Source of the DNA: Polyangiaceae bacterium
Lineage (GTDB): Bacteria > Myxococcota_A > Polyangia > Polyangiales > Polyangiaceae
Length of the DNA: 64,000 nt
Assembly: GCA_043717125.1 (NCBI GenBank)
Contig: JAYSXP010000524.1
Span: 3,936-67,935, forward strand
Direction of reading: 5' to 3'
Positions 41,429-51,090 of this stretch are shown here, in pieces (positions within the stretch are counted from its first letter, which is position 1; the number at the start of each line of letters is the position of its first letter). The notes under the pieces are model-generated. The model had not been told where the DNA came from. It saw nothing but the letters and a program-made list of their open reading frames with translations, and made no database searches. Both the position numbers and the translations under genes were made by a program.

Positions 41429-42469
41429 ATGTTTATCAGCCGTAGTTCGCGGAAGAACATGAAGCACGTCAAGGGACTCGTGCGCGCGGGCGCATACGTC
41501 CTCTGCGTCACCGCGGTCTTCGGCGTGGTCCGCGTTCGCTCCGCCCGCGCAGAGATGGCAGACCGCACCGTCGTCCTCGGTCGCCAAATGCTCACCCTCG
41601 CGAATGCGTCGACGCACGAAGTCAACAGGGTCGTGATCAACGGTCAGCCGATGTGGCTCGGTAACTCGATCGCCCACGACACAGGCAAGAATATCCTCGA
41701 TCGCTATCAGGCCTACTGCGAGTCGAACACGGCACAGTCCGCCGAGGACTGGCGCGCGGTCGCCACCGGCCCGAAAAAGGCGCCTGAGTCGAAGCTTGCG
41801 CCGACTGGCGTGATGCGTGGCGGCTCGGACAGCGAAGGCAGCGTCCTCTGCTTCACGAAGACGCCCAAATCGAAGCCGTCGCTCCTCGAGGCGATGAAGT
41901 CCTTCGAGGCGACCGGTGACCTCGGCGCATTGGGCGCTGCGCGGTACACCTACGTGAAGACGACGGAGCAGGGCAACACGCACGTCCTCACCGCGTGGAC
42001 GGACGACACGTTCAACGTCTCCGAGCTCGTCGGTGACGAGACGAAGGACGCACCCGGTATGGACTTCGGCGGTGACATCCCCCGCGTTCCCGACTCGCGC
42101 CGTGCGTTCTCCGCCCGCCTCGACGAGTCACCGTTCGGCGTGAACGTCTATCACGGCAAGGAGACGCCCTCGAAGACCCTGGGCTTCTACGATGGCGTCA
42201 TGCAGCAGGCCGGCTGGGCGGCGGTCGACCCCGAGCTCGAGAAGCGCGCGGAAGGCGGCAAGTCCGTGGCTCGCCTCTACGAGAAGGACAACGTCGTCCT
42301 CACCGTGGCCTCGACGCCGATGTCGGACGACCCGAAAGAAGGCTCGATGACGGTCCTCGGCATCGCCGGCGCATCCGGGCCGGGCGTCAATGCGGGCGCG
42401 AAACCCGGCACCGAGTCGGGCGCATCGTCGAAGTCGACGAACGTAACCCGCGAGACGAAGCAGGACTGA
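41429..42469 (+). CDS. hypothetical exported/membrane-anchored protein in the Tad locus
   Basis: N-terminal hydrophobic segment, GAGGAG RBS, no recognised family. Confidence 0.7.
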   Translation: MFISRSSRKNMKHVKGLVRAGAYVLCVTAVFGVVRVRSARAEMADRTVVLGRQMLTLANASTHEVNRVVINGQPMWLGNSIAHDTGKNILDRYQAYCESNTAQSAEDWRAVATGPKKAPESKLAPTGVMRGGSDSEGSVLCFTKTPKSKPSLLEAMKSFEATGDLGALGAARYTYVKTTEQGNTHVLTAWTDDTFNVSELVGDETKDAPGMDFGGDIPRVPDSRRAFSARLDESPFGVNVYHGKETPSKTLGFYDGVMQQAGWAAVDPELEKRAEGGKSVARLYEKDNVVLTVASTPMSDDPKEGSMTVLGIAGASGPGVNAGAKPGTESGASSKSTNVTRETKQD

Positions 42470-42548
42470 CGCTCGAAAGCGCGGCACTTATCTCTGCCGC
42501 AGCACGAGCCTTCCCGCGATCGCGGGCGACGTGTACCATCCACCAGGG

Positions 42549-43340
42549 ATGAATCGTCGCGCGTTACTCATCGCCGTCATCGTCGGCATCTTGGGCGTGT
42601 TCCTGCTGCTCCTCTACCAGCGCCGGTTCGAGCTCGAGGCGTCTGGCGGTGAGAAGGTGAAGCTTCTCATCGCCGTGCGGCGTCTCGAACGCGGCAAGCC
42701 GATTCCGGATGATGCGATCTCCGTGCGTGAGGTGCCCATCGCCTACGTCGACGATCGCTCGATCCGCGAGGTCGACAAGAACAAGGTCCTCGGCCTGCGC
42801 CTCGGCACCACGATTCGCGAGCAGCAGCTCCTCCTCTGGACCGACCTCGCCACCGGGTCCGACGAACGCAAGGAGCTGAGCTCCCTCGTGCTTCCTGGCT
42901 ATCGCGCAGTCTCGATCCGGGCGGCCCGCGACGACACGAGCATCACCCTCCTTCGCCCTGGGGACTACGTCGACGTCATCGGTGTCCTCGGCGCCCAGGG
43001 TGCCGAGGCGAAGAGCGCCGTCGTGCTCCTGCAGCGCGTGCTCGTCCTGGCCATGGGCAGCGAGACGTCTCCTGATGCCATGGATCAGAAGGACAATCGC
43101 AACAACGCAGAGAACCTCCTCACGTTGAGCCTGACCCTCTCCGAGGCGCAGATCATCGCGCTCGCCGCTGAGCGCGGACGCCTCGCCGTCGCCGTCCGTC
43201 ACCCCGACGACCAGCAGAAGGCAGGCGTCACGGACATCAACTTCGACTCCATTCTCGACCCGAAGAAGCGCGGCGAGATCCGAGGCGTCCGCGGCGGCAG
43301 CACGGCGCCCGTCAACATCACGGGCGGAGGCAGTCAGTGA
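42549..43340 (+). CDS. cpaB: Flp pilus assembly protein CpaB/RcpC
   Basis: N-terminal TM, SAF-like domain, PGYRAVSI, LLRPGDYVDVI, LLQRVLVLA, LTLSLT..EAQ. Confidence 0.9.
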   Translation: MNRRALLIAVIVGILGVFLLLLYQRRFELEASGGEKVKLLIAVRRLERGKPIPDDAISVREVPIAYVDDRSIREVDKNKVLGLRLGTTIREQQLLLWTDLATGSDERKELSSLVLPGYRAVSIRAARDDTSITLLRPGDYVDVIGVLGAQGAEAKSAVVLLQRVLVLAMGSETSPDAMDQKDNRNNAENLLTLSLTLSEAQIIALAAERGRLAVAVRHPDDQQKAGVTDINFDSILDPKKRGEIRGVRGGSTAPVNITGGGSQ

Positions 43341-44701
43341 GGGTTTGCTCTCTGGCGACTCTGCGCGGACGTGCAGCTCGTTCGTTCGCCGCGCGCGTCC
43401 TTGTCGCCCTCGCGGTGGGCGTGCCCGCCACGGCAGCCATGCTCGTCTCGAGCGAGGGCATGGCGCTCGCGCAGAAGGGCAAGGCCGGAGAACACGACGA
43501 GATCGCCCTCGCTGTCGGCGAAACGAAGACGCTCCCCGCCGGCGGCGTGAAGGAATACTCGGAAGGCGTGAAGGGCATCGTCGACGTCGTGCCGACGCCG
43601 GACGGCAAGACCTTCGTGCTCACCGGCAAGAAGCCCGGCACGACGACGCTCCTTCTCATCAAGACCGACGGCTCGCAGGTCACCTTCGACGTCTCCGTCG
43701 CGAATCGCAACCCGCAGCAGGTCGAGCGCGAGATCCAGCAGCTTCTCGAGCCGTTCCCCGGCGTGAAGAGCCGGCGCGTCGGATCGCGCATCTTCGTCGA
43801 AGGCGCGGTCCCCACGGACCAGGACTACAAGCGCATCCAGCAGATCGTGACCGTCTACGGCGGCCAGGTCGATTCGCTCGTCACTGTGGGTGTCGCCGAG
43901 CGCAAGCTCCTCATCCGTCTCGACTTCTTCTTCGTCCAATACTCGAAGACGTCCGGTTACAACGTCGGCGTCGGCTGGCCGGGCAACATCGGCGGGACGA
44001 CCCCGGGCGGGCAGCCCATCGTCAACAGTACGTACAGCTACGACTTCGTTTCGCGCACGACCCAGACGGCCAACGCGTCGGTGGTGAACCAGCCGCTTCC
44101 GCGTCTCGACATCGCGGCCCGTCATGGGTGGGCGAAGGTGATGAAGCAATCGAGCGTCATCACGGCGAACGGCAACGAGGCGACGTTCCAGAACGGCGGC
44201 GAGTCGAACTTCCTCATCTCCGGCGTCGGCGCCGCTGCCCTCGTCAGCGTCAAGTTCGGCACGAACATCACCGTGCTCCCGCGCTACGACTCGAACTCGC
44301 GCGACGTCGATATCAAGCTGGTCGCGGATGTCGCCGACCTCACGCCACCGAGCAGCGCGGCCGGTCCGCCCGGACGCTTGACCACGAAGCTCGAGACGCA
44401 GGTCACCCTGAAGCTCGGCCAGGCGCTCATCCTCTCCGGCATCAAGACGTCGGCGCAGCAGCGCAACGTCGCGGGTCTGCCCGGGCTCAGCGAGATCCCT
44501 GTCCTCGGTCTTCTCTTCGCGACGCACGCGCAGGAAAAGCAGGACGTCGAGGGCGCCGTCTTCATCGTCCCCAGCGTCGTCGACACGGTGCCAAAGAGCG
44601 CGCTCGAGCTCATCAACAACGCGATGGGGACCTACCGCGAGTTCGCTGGCGAGATCGAATACGTCGACACATTCCCCAAGACCCCGCCGTCCGCGAAGTA
44701 G
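43337..44701 (+). CDS. cpaC: Tad secretin CpaC/RcpA
   Basis: LTGKKPGTTTLL N-domain; NGNEATFQNGGE, KFGTNITVLP, GLPGLSEIPVLGLLF secretin signature. Confidence 0.88.
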   Translation: MRVCSLATLRGRAARSFAARVLVALAVGVPATAAMLVSSEGMALAQKGKAGEHDEIALAVGETKTLPAGGVKEYSEGVKGIVDVVPTPDGKTFVLTGKKPGTTTLLLIKTDGSQVTFDVSVANRNPQQVEREIQQLLEPFPGVKSRRVGSRIFVEGAVPTDQDYKRIQQIVTVYGGQVDSLVTVGVAERKLLIRLDFFFVQYSKTSGYNVGVGWPGNIGGTTPGGQPIVNSTYSYDFVSRTTQTANASVVNQPLPRLDIAARHGWAKVMKQSSVITANGNEATFQNGGESNFLISGVGAAALVSVKFGTNITVLPRYDSNSRDVDIKLVADVADLTPPSSAAGPPGRLTTKLETQVTLKLGQALILSGIKTSAQQRNVAGLPGLSEIPVLGLLFATHAQEKQDVEGAVFIVPSVVDTVPKSALELINNAMGTYREFAGEIEYVDTFPKTPPSAK

Positions 44702-44712
44702 CGGTAGGCAAG

Positions 44713-44734
44713 CACGTGTACAGGCGTACACGTG
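44713..44734. other. intergenic perfect inverted repeat (9-bp arms)
   Basis: CACGTGTAC-aggc-GTACACGTG between the secretin and ATPase genes; no U-tract. Confidence 0.6.
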
Positions 44735-44769
44735 TAGACGCGTGACGGAGAGGTTGCCGGATCCCCAAC

Positions 44770-46689
44770 ATGCACTTGCAAGTCGTCGTCCAATCTGACG
44801 ATGGGATGCAGCGAACGGAGCTCTACCCGGCGAACGGTCCCCTTACGATCGGGCGCCATCCGCAGTGCTCGCTCCGCCTCGACAGCGATCTCGTCTCCCG
44901 CCAGCACGCCGTGATCCAGGCCGGTCACGGCACGCTGCGCGTGGAGGACGTGTCGACGAACGGGACCATCGCCGGCGACCTGCTCCTCCGTCGCGATTCC
45001 GTCGAGGTGCCGTACGGGACGCCGATCGTCGTGGGCGACTTCACGGTCTTCGTCTACCCGGGCGATCAGCAGAACGCGGCTTCGCTCGCAGCCCAGCATC
45101 CAAGGACGAACCAGCAGGTCCCCGGGCAGGGTTCGCAGCAGGGGATCGACACGCGACCGCGCATGGGCGGCTCGCCCAACCAGGGCGTCGCGCACCCGCC
45201 GGGCTCCCCGCAGCACATGGCGAACGTGCACGGTATGGGTCCCCCAATGCCGCCCGGCGCCAACGGAATGATGGCGCGCACGGGGACAGGCCCGTACGGC
45301 GCGACGGGCGCCATTCCGGCCGTGAGCGGCATGAACCCCGTCATCGCTCACGTCGGCTCGCAGCCCGGTCCGCAGGGCGTGCACCTGCCGGTCGCGATGC
45401 GCAACGACGACGCGAAGCTCAAGGCAGAGGTCGAGCTCCGTCGCGAGATCCACAAGCTCCTCCTCGAGCACCTCGACCTCGCGACGATCGACGCCAAGAA
45501 GCTCGACGATCCGTCGATGCGTCCGAAGGTGCTCAACGCGCTCCGGAGAATCGTCGCGAGCCTCGAGTCAAAAATCCCGAAGGAGGTGCAGCCCGACACG
45601 CTGATCGGCGAGCTCGCCGACGAGGCGCTCGGTCTCGGCCCGCTCGAGCGCTTCCTCGCCGACCCGACCATCAGCGAGATCATGGTCGTCGATCCGAACA
45701 CGATCTACATCGAGCAACACGGCAAGATCACGCTCTCGCACGCGCGCTTCACCGACGACGAGCGCGTCCGCGCGGTCATCGAGCGCATCGTGACGCCGCT
45801 CGGACGCCGCATCGACGAGTCGTCGCCGCTCGTCGACGCGCGACTGAAGGATGGCTCGCGCGTGAACGCCGTCATTCGCCCGATCGCGCTCCGCGGCTCG
45901 TGCATCACGATCCGAAAATTCGCGAAGATCCCGATCACGCTCGAGAAGATGGTCTCGTTCGGCACGCTGACGGACCGCATGGGACGCTTCCTCACGCGAT
46001 GCGTCCACGCGAAGAAGAACATCGTCATCTCCGGCGGTACCGGCTCCGGAAAGACGACGCTGCTCAACATGCTCTCGGGCGCGATCCCCCCCGAGGAGCG
46101 GATCGTGACGATCGAGGACGCCGCCGAGCTCCAGCTGAAGCAGCCTCACGTCGTCTCCATGGAAACGCGCCCCGCCAACCTCGAAGGGCGCGGCGAGTAC
46201 ACCATCCGCGATCTCGTGAAGAATGCGCTTCGCATGCGCCCCGACCGCATCGTCGTCGGCGAGTGCCGCGGCGGCGAGGCGCTCGACATGCTCCAGGCGA
46301 TGAACACCGGCCACGACGGCTCGCTGACGACGACCCACGCCAACTCGCCGATGGAAGCCGTCAGCCGCCTCGAGACGCTCGTCCTGATGGCAGGCCTCGA
46401 GCTTCCGATGCGCGCCATCCGCGAGCAGATTGCCGCCAGCGTTCACGTCATCGTTCAGCAGAGTCGTCTGTCCGACGGCTCACGCAAGATCACCGCCATC
46501 AGCGAGATCGTCGGCATCGATCGCGAGTCGAACGAGATCGAGATGCGTCCCATCTTCGAGTTCATTCGCACCGGCACCGGCGACAACGGCAAGGTCGAGG
46601 GCGAGTTCCGCGCGACCGGCTACCTGCCTTCGTTCATTCCGACCTTCATCGTCATGGGCCTGGTCAAGCGCGGAGAGCCTTACCTGTGA
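44770..46689 (+). CDS. cpaF: FHA-domain-fused CpaF/TadA pilus ATPase
   Basis: FHA: IGR...VSRQH...STNGT; Pro/Gly/Gln linker; GLGPLE, DARLKDGSRVN, GGTGSGKT, IED..EL, RPDRIVVGE, MNTGH. Confidence 0.93.
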   Translation: MHLQVVVQSDDGMQRTELYPANGPLTIGRHPQCSLRLDSDLVSRQHAVIQAGHGTLRVEDVSTNGTIAGDLLLRRDSVEVPYGTPIVVGDFTVFVYPGDQQNAASLAAQHPRTNQQVPGQGSQQGIDTRPRMGGSPNQGVAHPPGSPQHMANVHGMGPPMPPGANGMMARTGTGPYGATGAIPAVSGMNPVIAHVGSQPGPQGVHLPVAMRNDDAKLKAEVELRREIHKLLLEHLDLATIDAKKLDDPSMRPKVLNALRRIVASLESKIPKEVQPDTLIGELADEALGLGPLERFLADPTISEIMVVDPNTIYIEQHGKITLSHARFTDDERVRAVIERIVTPLGRRIDESSPLVDARLKDGSRVNAVIRPIALRGSCITIRKFAKIPITLEKMVSFGTLTDRMGRFLTRCVHAKKNIVISGGTGSGKTTLLNMLSGAIPPEERIVTIEDAAELQLKQPHVVSMETRPANLEGRGEYTIRDLVKNALRMRPDRIVVGECRGGEALDMLQAMNTGHDGSLTTTHANSPMEAVSRLETLVLMAGLELPMRAIREQIAASVHVIVQQSRLSDGSRKITAISEIVGIDRESNEIEMRPIFEFIRTGTGDNGKVEGEFRATGYLPSFIPTFIVMGLVKRGEPYL

Positions 46690-46696
46690 GGCGCAC

Positions 46697-47569
46697 ATGA
46701 AGCACCCCGTGATCCACACGCTCGACGTCATGCGCTGGGGCAGCGTCGGGGCGACCGCGCTCTGTCTCACGGTCGGAGCGTGGGCCATCGTCGACGACGA
46801 GACGGGCCTGCCGTACCGGTACTGGGCGCGTTACTGCGCGATGCTCGAGCGGAAGATGCGCTCGATGTTCAACTTCACGCCGGGGCGTCTCATCGCGCTC
46901 GGGCAGCTCGCGGTGATGTTCCTGATCGTCGCGGCGCAGCTCACGTTCGACATCCCGGGCTGGTACCTCGGCATCCTGCTGACCGCCATCGGCCCGACCA
47001 TCTACCTCGAGTCGGAGCGCCGCAAGCGCATCCTCCAGATTGAAGACCAGATCGACGGCTTCATGCTGGCGCTCGCCAACGCGCTCAAGGCGACGCCGAG
47101 CATCGGCGCCGCGTTCAACGGGGTCGTGACCGTTCTCCAAGAACCGATCCGATCCGAGGTCGATCTCGCGCTGAAGGAGATGCGCGTCGGCTCGACGCTC
47201 GATCAGGCGCTCCTCCACATGGCTGCGCGCGTCGGTAGTCATCAGCTCGACTCGGCGCTCTCGGCCATCCTGATTGGCCGGCAAGTCGGTGGAAATCTCC
47301 CGAAGGTTCTCGAGACGACCGCGACGACGCTCCGCGAGATGAAGCGCCTCGAAGGCGTCATCCGCACGAAGACGGCCGACGGCCGCATGCAGCTTTGGGT
47401 CATCGGCGCGATGCCGATCGTCGTCATCGTCTGCCTCGGTACGCTGTGGCCCGGCTACTTCGATCCGCTCACATCCAGCCTCGCCGGCTACGGCATCACC
47501 GCCTTCGTCATCACCGCGTGGGTCTCGGCGCTCGTGCTGGCCCGCAAGGTCCTCTCCGTCGACATCTGA
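46697..47569 (+). CDS. tadB: TadB inner-membrane platform protein (T2SSF family)
   Basis: ANALKA, EMRVG...AL, RQVGGNL, R.KTADGR; multi-TM. Confidence 0.88.
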   Translation: MKHPVIHTLDVMRWGSVGATALCLTVGAWAIVDDETGLPYRYWARYCAMLERKMRSMFNFTPGRLIALGQLAVMFLIVAAQLTFDIPGWYLGILLTAIGPTIYLESERRKRILQIEDQIDGFMLALANALKATPSIGAAFNGVVTVLQEPIRSEVDLALKEMRVGSTLDQALLHMAARVGSHQLDSALSAILIGRQVGGNLPKVLETTATTLREMKRLEGVIRTKTADGRMQLWVIGAMPIVVIVCLGTLWPGYFDPLTSSLAGYGITAFVITAWVSALVLARKVLSVDI

Positions 47570-47578
47570 GAAGAAGCC

Positions 47579-48502
47579 ATGGACCTCAAGCTCAGCGGCG
47601 TAAGTCTCATCGTCCTCCTCTATCGCTTCGGCGCGGCTGGGGCGTTCTTCTTCGCGCTCGCCATCGCGACCTACAGCGTCACGAGCGCACCTACGCGCGT
47701 CGCGAGCAGGCTCGGCCTCCGCGGCCTGAAGCGCCAGCGTGCCCTCGCGAACAACGACGCCTGGGCCGCGATCGAGCCGCTCGTGCGCTGGCTCGGCGTG
47801 CGCGTCAGCGGGATCCCCACCGAGGAGCAGCGCGCTGCGCTCGACAAGCAGCTCTCGCTCGCGGGCGACTACCTCGGCCTCACCCCTGAGGAATATCTCG
47901 CGCTCTTCATCGTGTCGGCCGTCGGCGGCCTCGTCGTCGGGCTCGCCGGCGGCGCCTTCTTCGACATGGTCGTCCTCCTCAGCATCGTCGGCACGGTCAT
48001 CGGCGGGGTCGCGCCGTACATGATCGTCAGCGGCGAGGCTCAGGAGCGCATCAAGAACATCAGTCGCGGCCTGCCGTACGTCATCGACCTCATGGCGCTC
48101 GCGATGAGCGCTGGTCTCGACTTTCCAGGCGCGGTTCGCCAGGTCGTCGACAAGTCCTCCAACCCCGAGGACCCGATCGTCGAGGAGTTCACGCTGATTC
48201 TCCAGACCCTGAACCTCGGTCGCACCCGAAAGGATGCCCTCGTCGCGTTCTCCGAGCGTGCCCCCACCATCACGGTGTCGGAGTTCGTGAGCGCCCTCGT
48301 GCAGGCCGAAGAGCGCGGAAACCCTGTCGCAGACGTCCTCCTCATCCAGGCAGGAACGTCCCGGAGCCGCCGCTCGATCCGTGCCGAAGAGCTTGCCGCC
48401 AAGGCAGGCGTCAAGATGACGGGACCGCTCGCACTCATTCTCTTCGCCGTCCTCGCGTTGGTCCTCGGACCTGCGATGATGGGTATGACCAACAACCTCT
48501 GA
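47579..48502 (+). CDS. tadC: TadC inner-membrane platform protein
   Basis: LPYVIDLMALAMSAGL, LGRTRKDAL, QAEERG, AEELAAKAGVKM..PL. Confidence 0.9.
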   Translation: MDLKLSGVSLIVLLYRFGAAGAFFFALAIATYSVTSAPTRVASRLGLRGLKRQRALANNDAWAAIEPLVRWLGVRVSGIPTEEQRAALDKQLSLAGDYLGLTPEEYLALFIVSAVGGLVVGLAGGAFFDMVVLLSIVGTVIGGVAPYMIVSGEAQERIKNISRGLPYVIDLMALAMSAGLDFPGAVRQVVDKSSNPEDPIVEEFTLILQTLNLGRTRKDALVAFSERAPTITVSEFVSALVQAEERGNPVADVLLIQAGTSRSRRSIRAEELAAKAGVKMTGPLALILFAVLALVLGPAMMGMTNNL

Positions 48503-48506
48503 GCCC

Positions 48507-49373
48507 ATGCGACACCTCAGATTCCAGATAAGACTGCACACCGGGCAGGTCGATCAGCTCACGATGGAGGCCGAACGCGTCCTCATCGGAAGCGGCGCCC
48601 ATTGCGAGATCAGGCTCCCCGTCGATCAGGCGCGCGTCGAGCATGTCGCGCTCGAGCTCGGCGCCGCGGGCATCTTTGTCCGCGCGCTGAATTTCGAGCC
48701 GCCTCCGACGATCAACAACATCCCGTTCCAGCAGGCGCCGCTCCCCGCGGGGTCGGTCCTCGGCATCGGCGGCTGCCAGATCCAGGTCGAGATCACCGAG
48801 GGCGGCGGCGAGGCTGCCGGCAAGCAGAAGAAGAAGACGAGCCCGATCATGCTCCTTGCGATGGCGATCATCGTCCCCGCGGGCATGTACATGATGTTCG
48901 CCGAAGAACCGGAGCGGGCAGAGAAGGTCTCGCCCAAGCTGGCGCCTGAGCTCTGGCAGGCCCCCGTCACGTCGTGCCCGTACACTGGGGGTCAGGCGCT
49001 CGCCTTTGGTCGAGAAAAGATGGCCCTCGCAGACGCCAAACGCGAGCGTCGACCGTTCCATGTCCAGGACGGCGTTCAAGCCGTTCCCACGTACGAGGCC
49101 GCTGCGGTATGTTTCCGGGCCGGCGGGGACGCCGCCTCAGGAAGTCTTGCCGAAGAATCGGCCAAGTTCCTTCGCCGTGATATCACTGTTGATTTCCGGA
49201 CACGGCGCGTCAGGCTCGACCATGCGATGGCGACCGAGGACTTCGCAAGCGCCCAAAAAGAGGTCCGGGTTCTCCTACAATTCTGCGAGGGCAAGTCCGG
49301 CGACTACGTCACATGGCTCTCCAATCTCGAACGAAAACTGAAGCTAAGGGGCGACGCGACGAAAAAGTCGTAG
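48507..49373 (+). CDS. membrane protein with degenerate N-terminal FHA-like domain
   Basis: VLIGSGAHCEIRL....VEH...INN...G..L.IGG (FHA-like fold lacking GR/SxxH), TM, helical C-terminal domain. Confidence 0.65.
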   Translation: MRHLRFQIRLHTGQVDQLTMEAERVLIGSGAHCEIRLPVDQARVEHVALELGAAGIFVRALNFEPPPTINNIPFQQAPLPAGSVLGIGGCQIQVEITEGGGEAAGKQKKKTSPIMLLAMAIIVPAGMYMMFAEEPERAEKVSPKLAPELWQAPVTSCPYTGGQALAFGREKMALADAKRERRPFHVQDGVQAVPTYEAAAVCFRAGGDAASGSLAEESAKFLRRDITVDFRTRRVRLDHAMATEDFASAQKEVRVLLQFCEGKSGDYVTWLSNLERKLKLRGDATKKS

Positions 49374-49375
49374 CC

Positions 49376-49945
49376 TTGTGGGTGGCTTGCGCCTGCATGC
49401 TCGGTCTCGTGGAGACGCGTTGTGGTCCCGCGACCACCGCGGAAAGAGCTCAAGCCGACATGGCTACCCTCCGCACAGAGACGACCACGGACAAGTTGCT
49501 CGACCGCGGCAAGGCTTTCGCGGCCATCGGGGATCACACACGCGCAGAGGAGTACCTCGCAGCGGCCCTCGACCAAGGTGCCGACCCACGTGAGACCTTA
49601 CCGCTGCTCCTCAACGTCTGCGTCCAGACGGGTCGATACCGGTCCGCGATCCAGCATGCCGAGAACCACCTGCGGAAGCACCCGGACGACGTGCGCACGC
49701 GCTTTGTCGTCGGAACGCTCTACGCTGCGATCGGCGAGACGAAAGACGCCAAGAGCAACCTGGAGACCGTCGTGAGCGCGCGTCCCGATGACTCGAAGGC
49801 GCACTACACGCTCGGCGTCCTCGCCCGCGACAGCGAGAACGACCTCGTCGGCGCCGACCGTCACTTCCGCGAATATCTGCGCATCGAGCCGAACGGGTCT
49901 CACGCCGAGGAAGCCCGCGCTTCGCTCCTGAAGAGGATGCCTTGA
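49376..49945 (+). CDS. TPR-repeat protein (TadD/pilotin-like)
   Basis: TPR-like helices (AHYTLGVL, FREYLRIEPNG..AEEAR); start uncertain (49313, 49376 or 49397). Confidence 0.72.
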   Translation: MWVACACMLGLVETRCGPATTAERAQADMATLRTETTTDKLLDRGKAFAAIGDHTRAEEYLAAALDQGADPRETLPLLLNVCVQTGRYRSAIQHAENHLRKHPDDVRTRFVVGTLYAAIGETKDAKSNLETVVSARPDDSKAHYTLGVLARDSENDLVGADRHFREYLRIEPNGSHAEEARASLLKRMP

Positions 49946-51090
49946 GCAGTGACGTCATCCCCAAAGAGGTCTTCGAGGAAACGCTCCTCCAGTTCCTCGC
50001 GCCGATCCGCCCGTTCCTCGATGACCCGGCGGTCAGCGACATCATGATCAACGGCCCCTTTCAGATCTACGTCGAAAAGAAGGGCCAGCTCCACCTCACG
50101 AACGCGCGCTTCGAGACGCGGGAAGCGCTCGTCGCCGCGCTCCGCAATGCTGCGCAGTTCGTCGGTAAGCACATCGACGAGCTCAAGCCGATCCTCGAAG
50201 GTCGCCTCCCGGATGGCTCGCGTATCGAGGCCGTCCTTCCGCCCGCCGCGCCCGACGGACCGTGCGTGTCGATTCGCCGGTTCTTCAAGGAGACACTCAC
50301 CGTCCAGCGCCTCGTGAACTTCGGCGCCCTCACGCCCGACGTCGCGAGCACACTTCAGGCGCTCGTCGTCTCGAAGCTCAACATCCTGATCGCGGGCGGT
50401 ACCGGAAGCGGCAAGACGTCGATGCTCAACGCGCTCTCGTCGTTCATCCCCGAGGGCGAGCGCGTGGTCGTCATCGAGGACTCGCGCGAGCTCCAGCTGC
50501 AGCGACAGCACATCTGCATGCTCGAAGCGCGCCCGCCGGATCCGAAGGGCCGCGGCGAGGTGACGATTCGCGATCTCTTCCGCGCGACGCTGCGTCTGCG
50601 CCCCGATCGCATCGTCGTCGGCGAAATCCGCGGCGGAGAGGCGCTCGATCTGATCCAGGCCATGACCTCGGGTCACGGTGGATGCATGTCGACGCTCCAC
50701 GCGACCTACCCGCGCGATACCACCTCGCGCCTCGAGACGATGGCGATGATGAGCGACGTCGAGATGCCGCTCACGGCGCTGCGAAGTCAGCTCGCCTCGG
50801 CGGTCAACATCATCTGTCAGGTCTCGCGCCTGCAGGACGGCAGCCGCAAGATCACGCACATCACCGAGGTGCTCGGCTTCGACCCCAACAAGGCAGAATA
50901 TTTGCTCCAGGACATCTTCGAGCGCCAGTACCACGGCTTCGACGACAAGGGCGCGATCCTCAGCGACATCGTTCCGTCGGGGATCTTGCCGCGATGCTTG
51001 CCGCAGCTGCACGAGCACGGCGTCGACTTGCCTGCGTCGGTGTACGAGGCAGCCAAGAACGCGGAGACCGGCCAGAATCGTTATGGCTAA
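49942..51090 (+). CDS. cpaF: second CpaF/TadA-family ATPase
   Basis: DIMING, GRLPDGSRI, GGTGSGKT, IEDSREL, RPDRIVVGE, MTSGH; TTG start overlapping the TPR gene stop. Confidence 0.92.
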   Translation: MSSDVIPKEVFEETLLQFLAPIRPFLDDPAVSDIMINGPFQIYVEKKGQLHLTNARFETREALVAALRNAAQFVGKHIDELKPILEGRLPDGSRIEAVLPPAAPDGPCVSIRRFFKETLTVQRLVNFGALTPDVASTLQALVVSKLNILIAGGTGSGKTSMLNALSSFIPEGERVVVIEDSRELQLQRQHICMLEARPPDPKGRGEVTIRDLFRATLRLRPDRIVVGEIRGGEALDLIQAMTSGHGGCMSTLHATYPRDTTSRLETMAMMSDVEMPLTALRSQLASAVNIICQVSRLQDGSRKITHITEVLGFDPNKAEYLLQDIFERQYHGFDDKGAILSDIVPSGILPRCLPQLHEHGVDLPASVYEAAKNAETGQNRYG

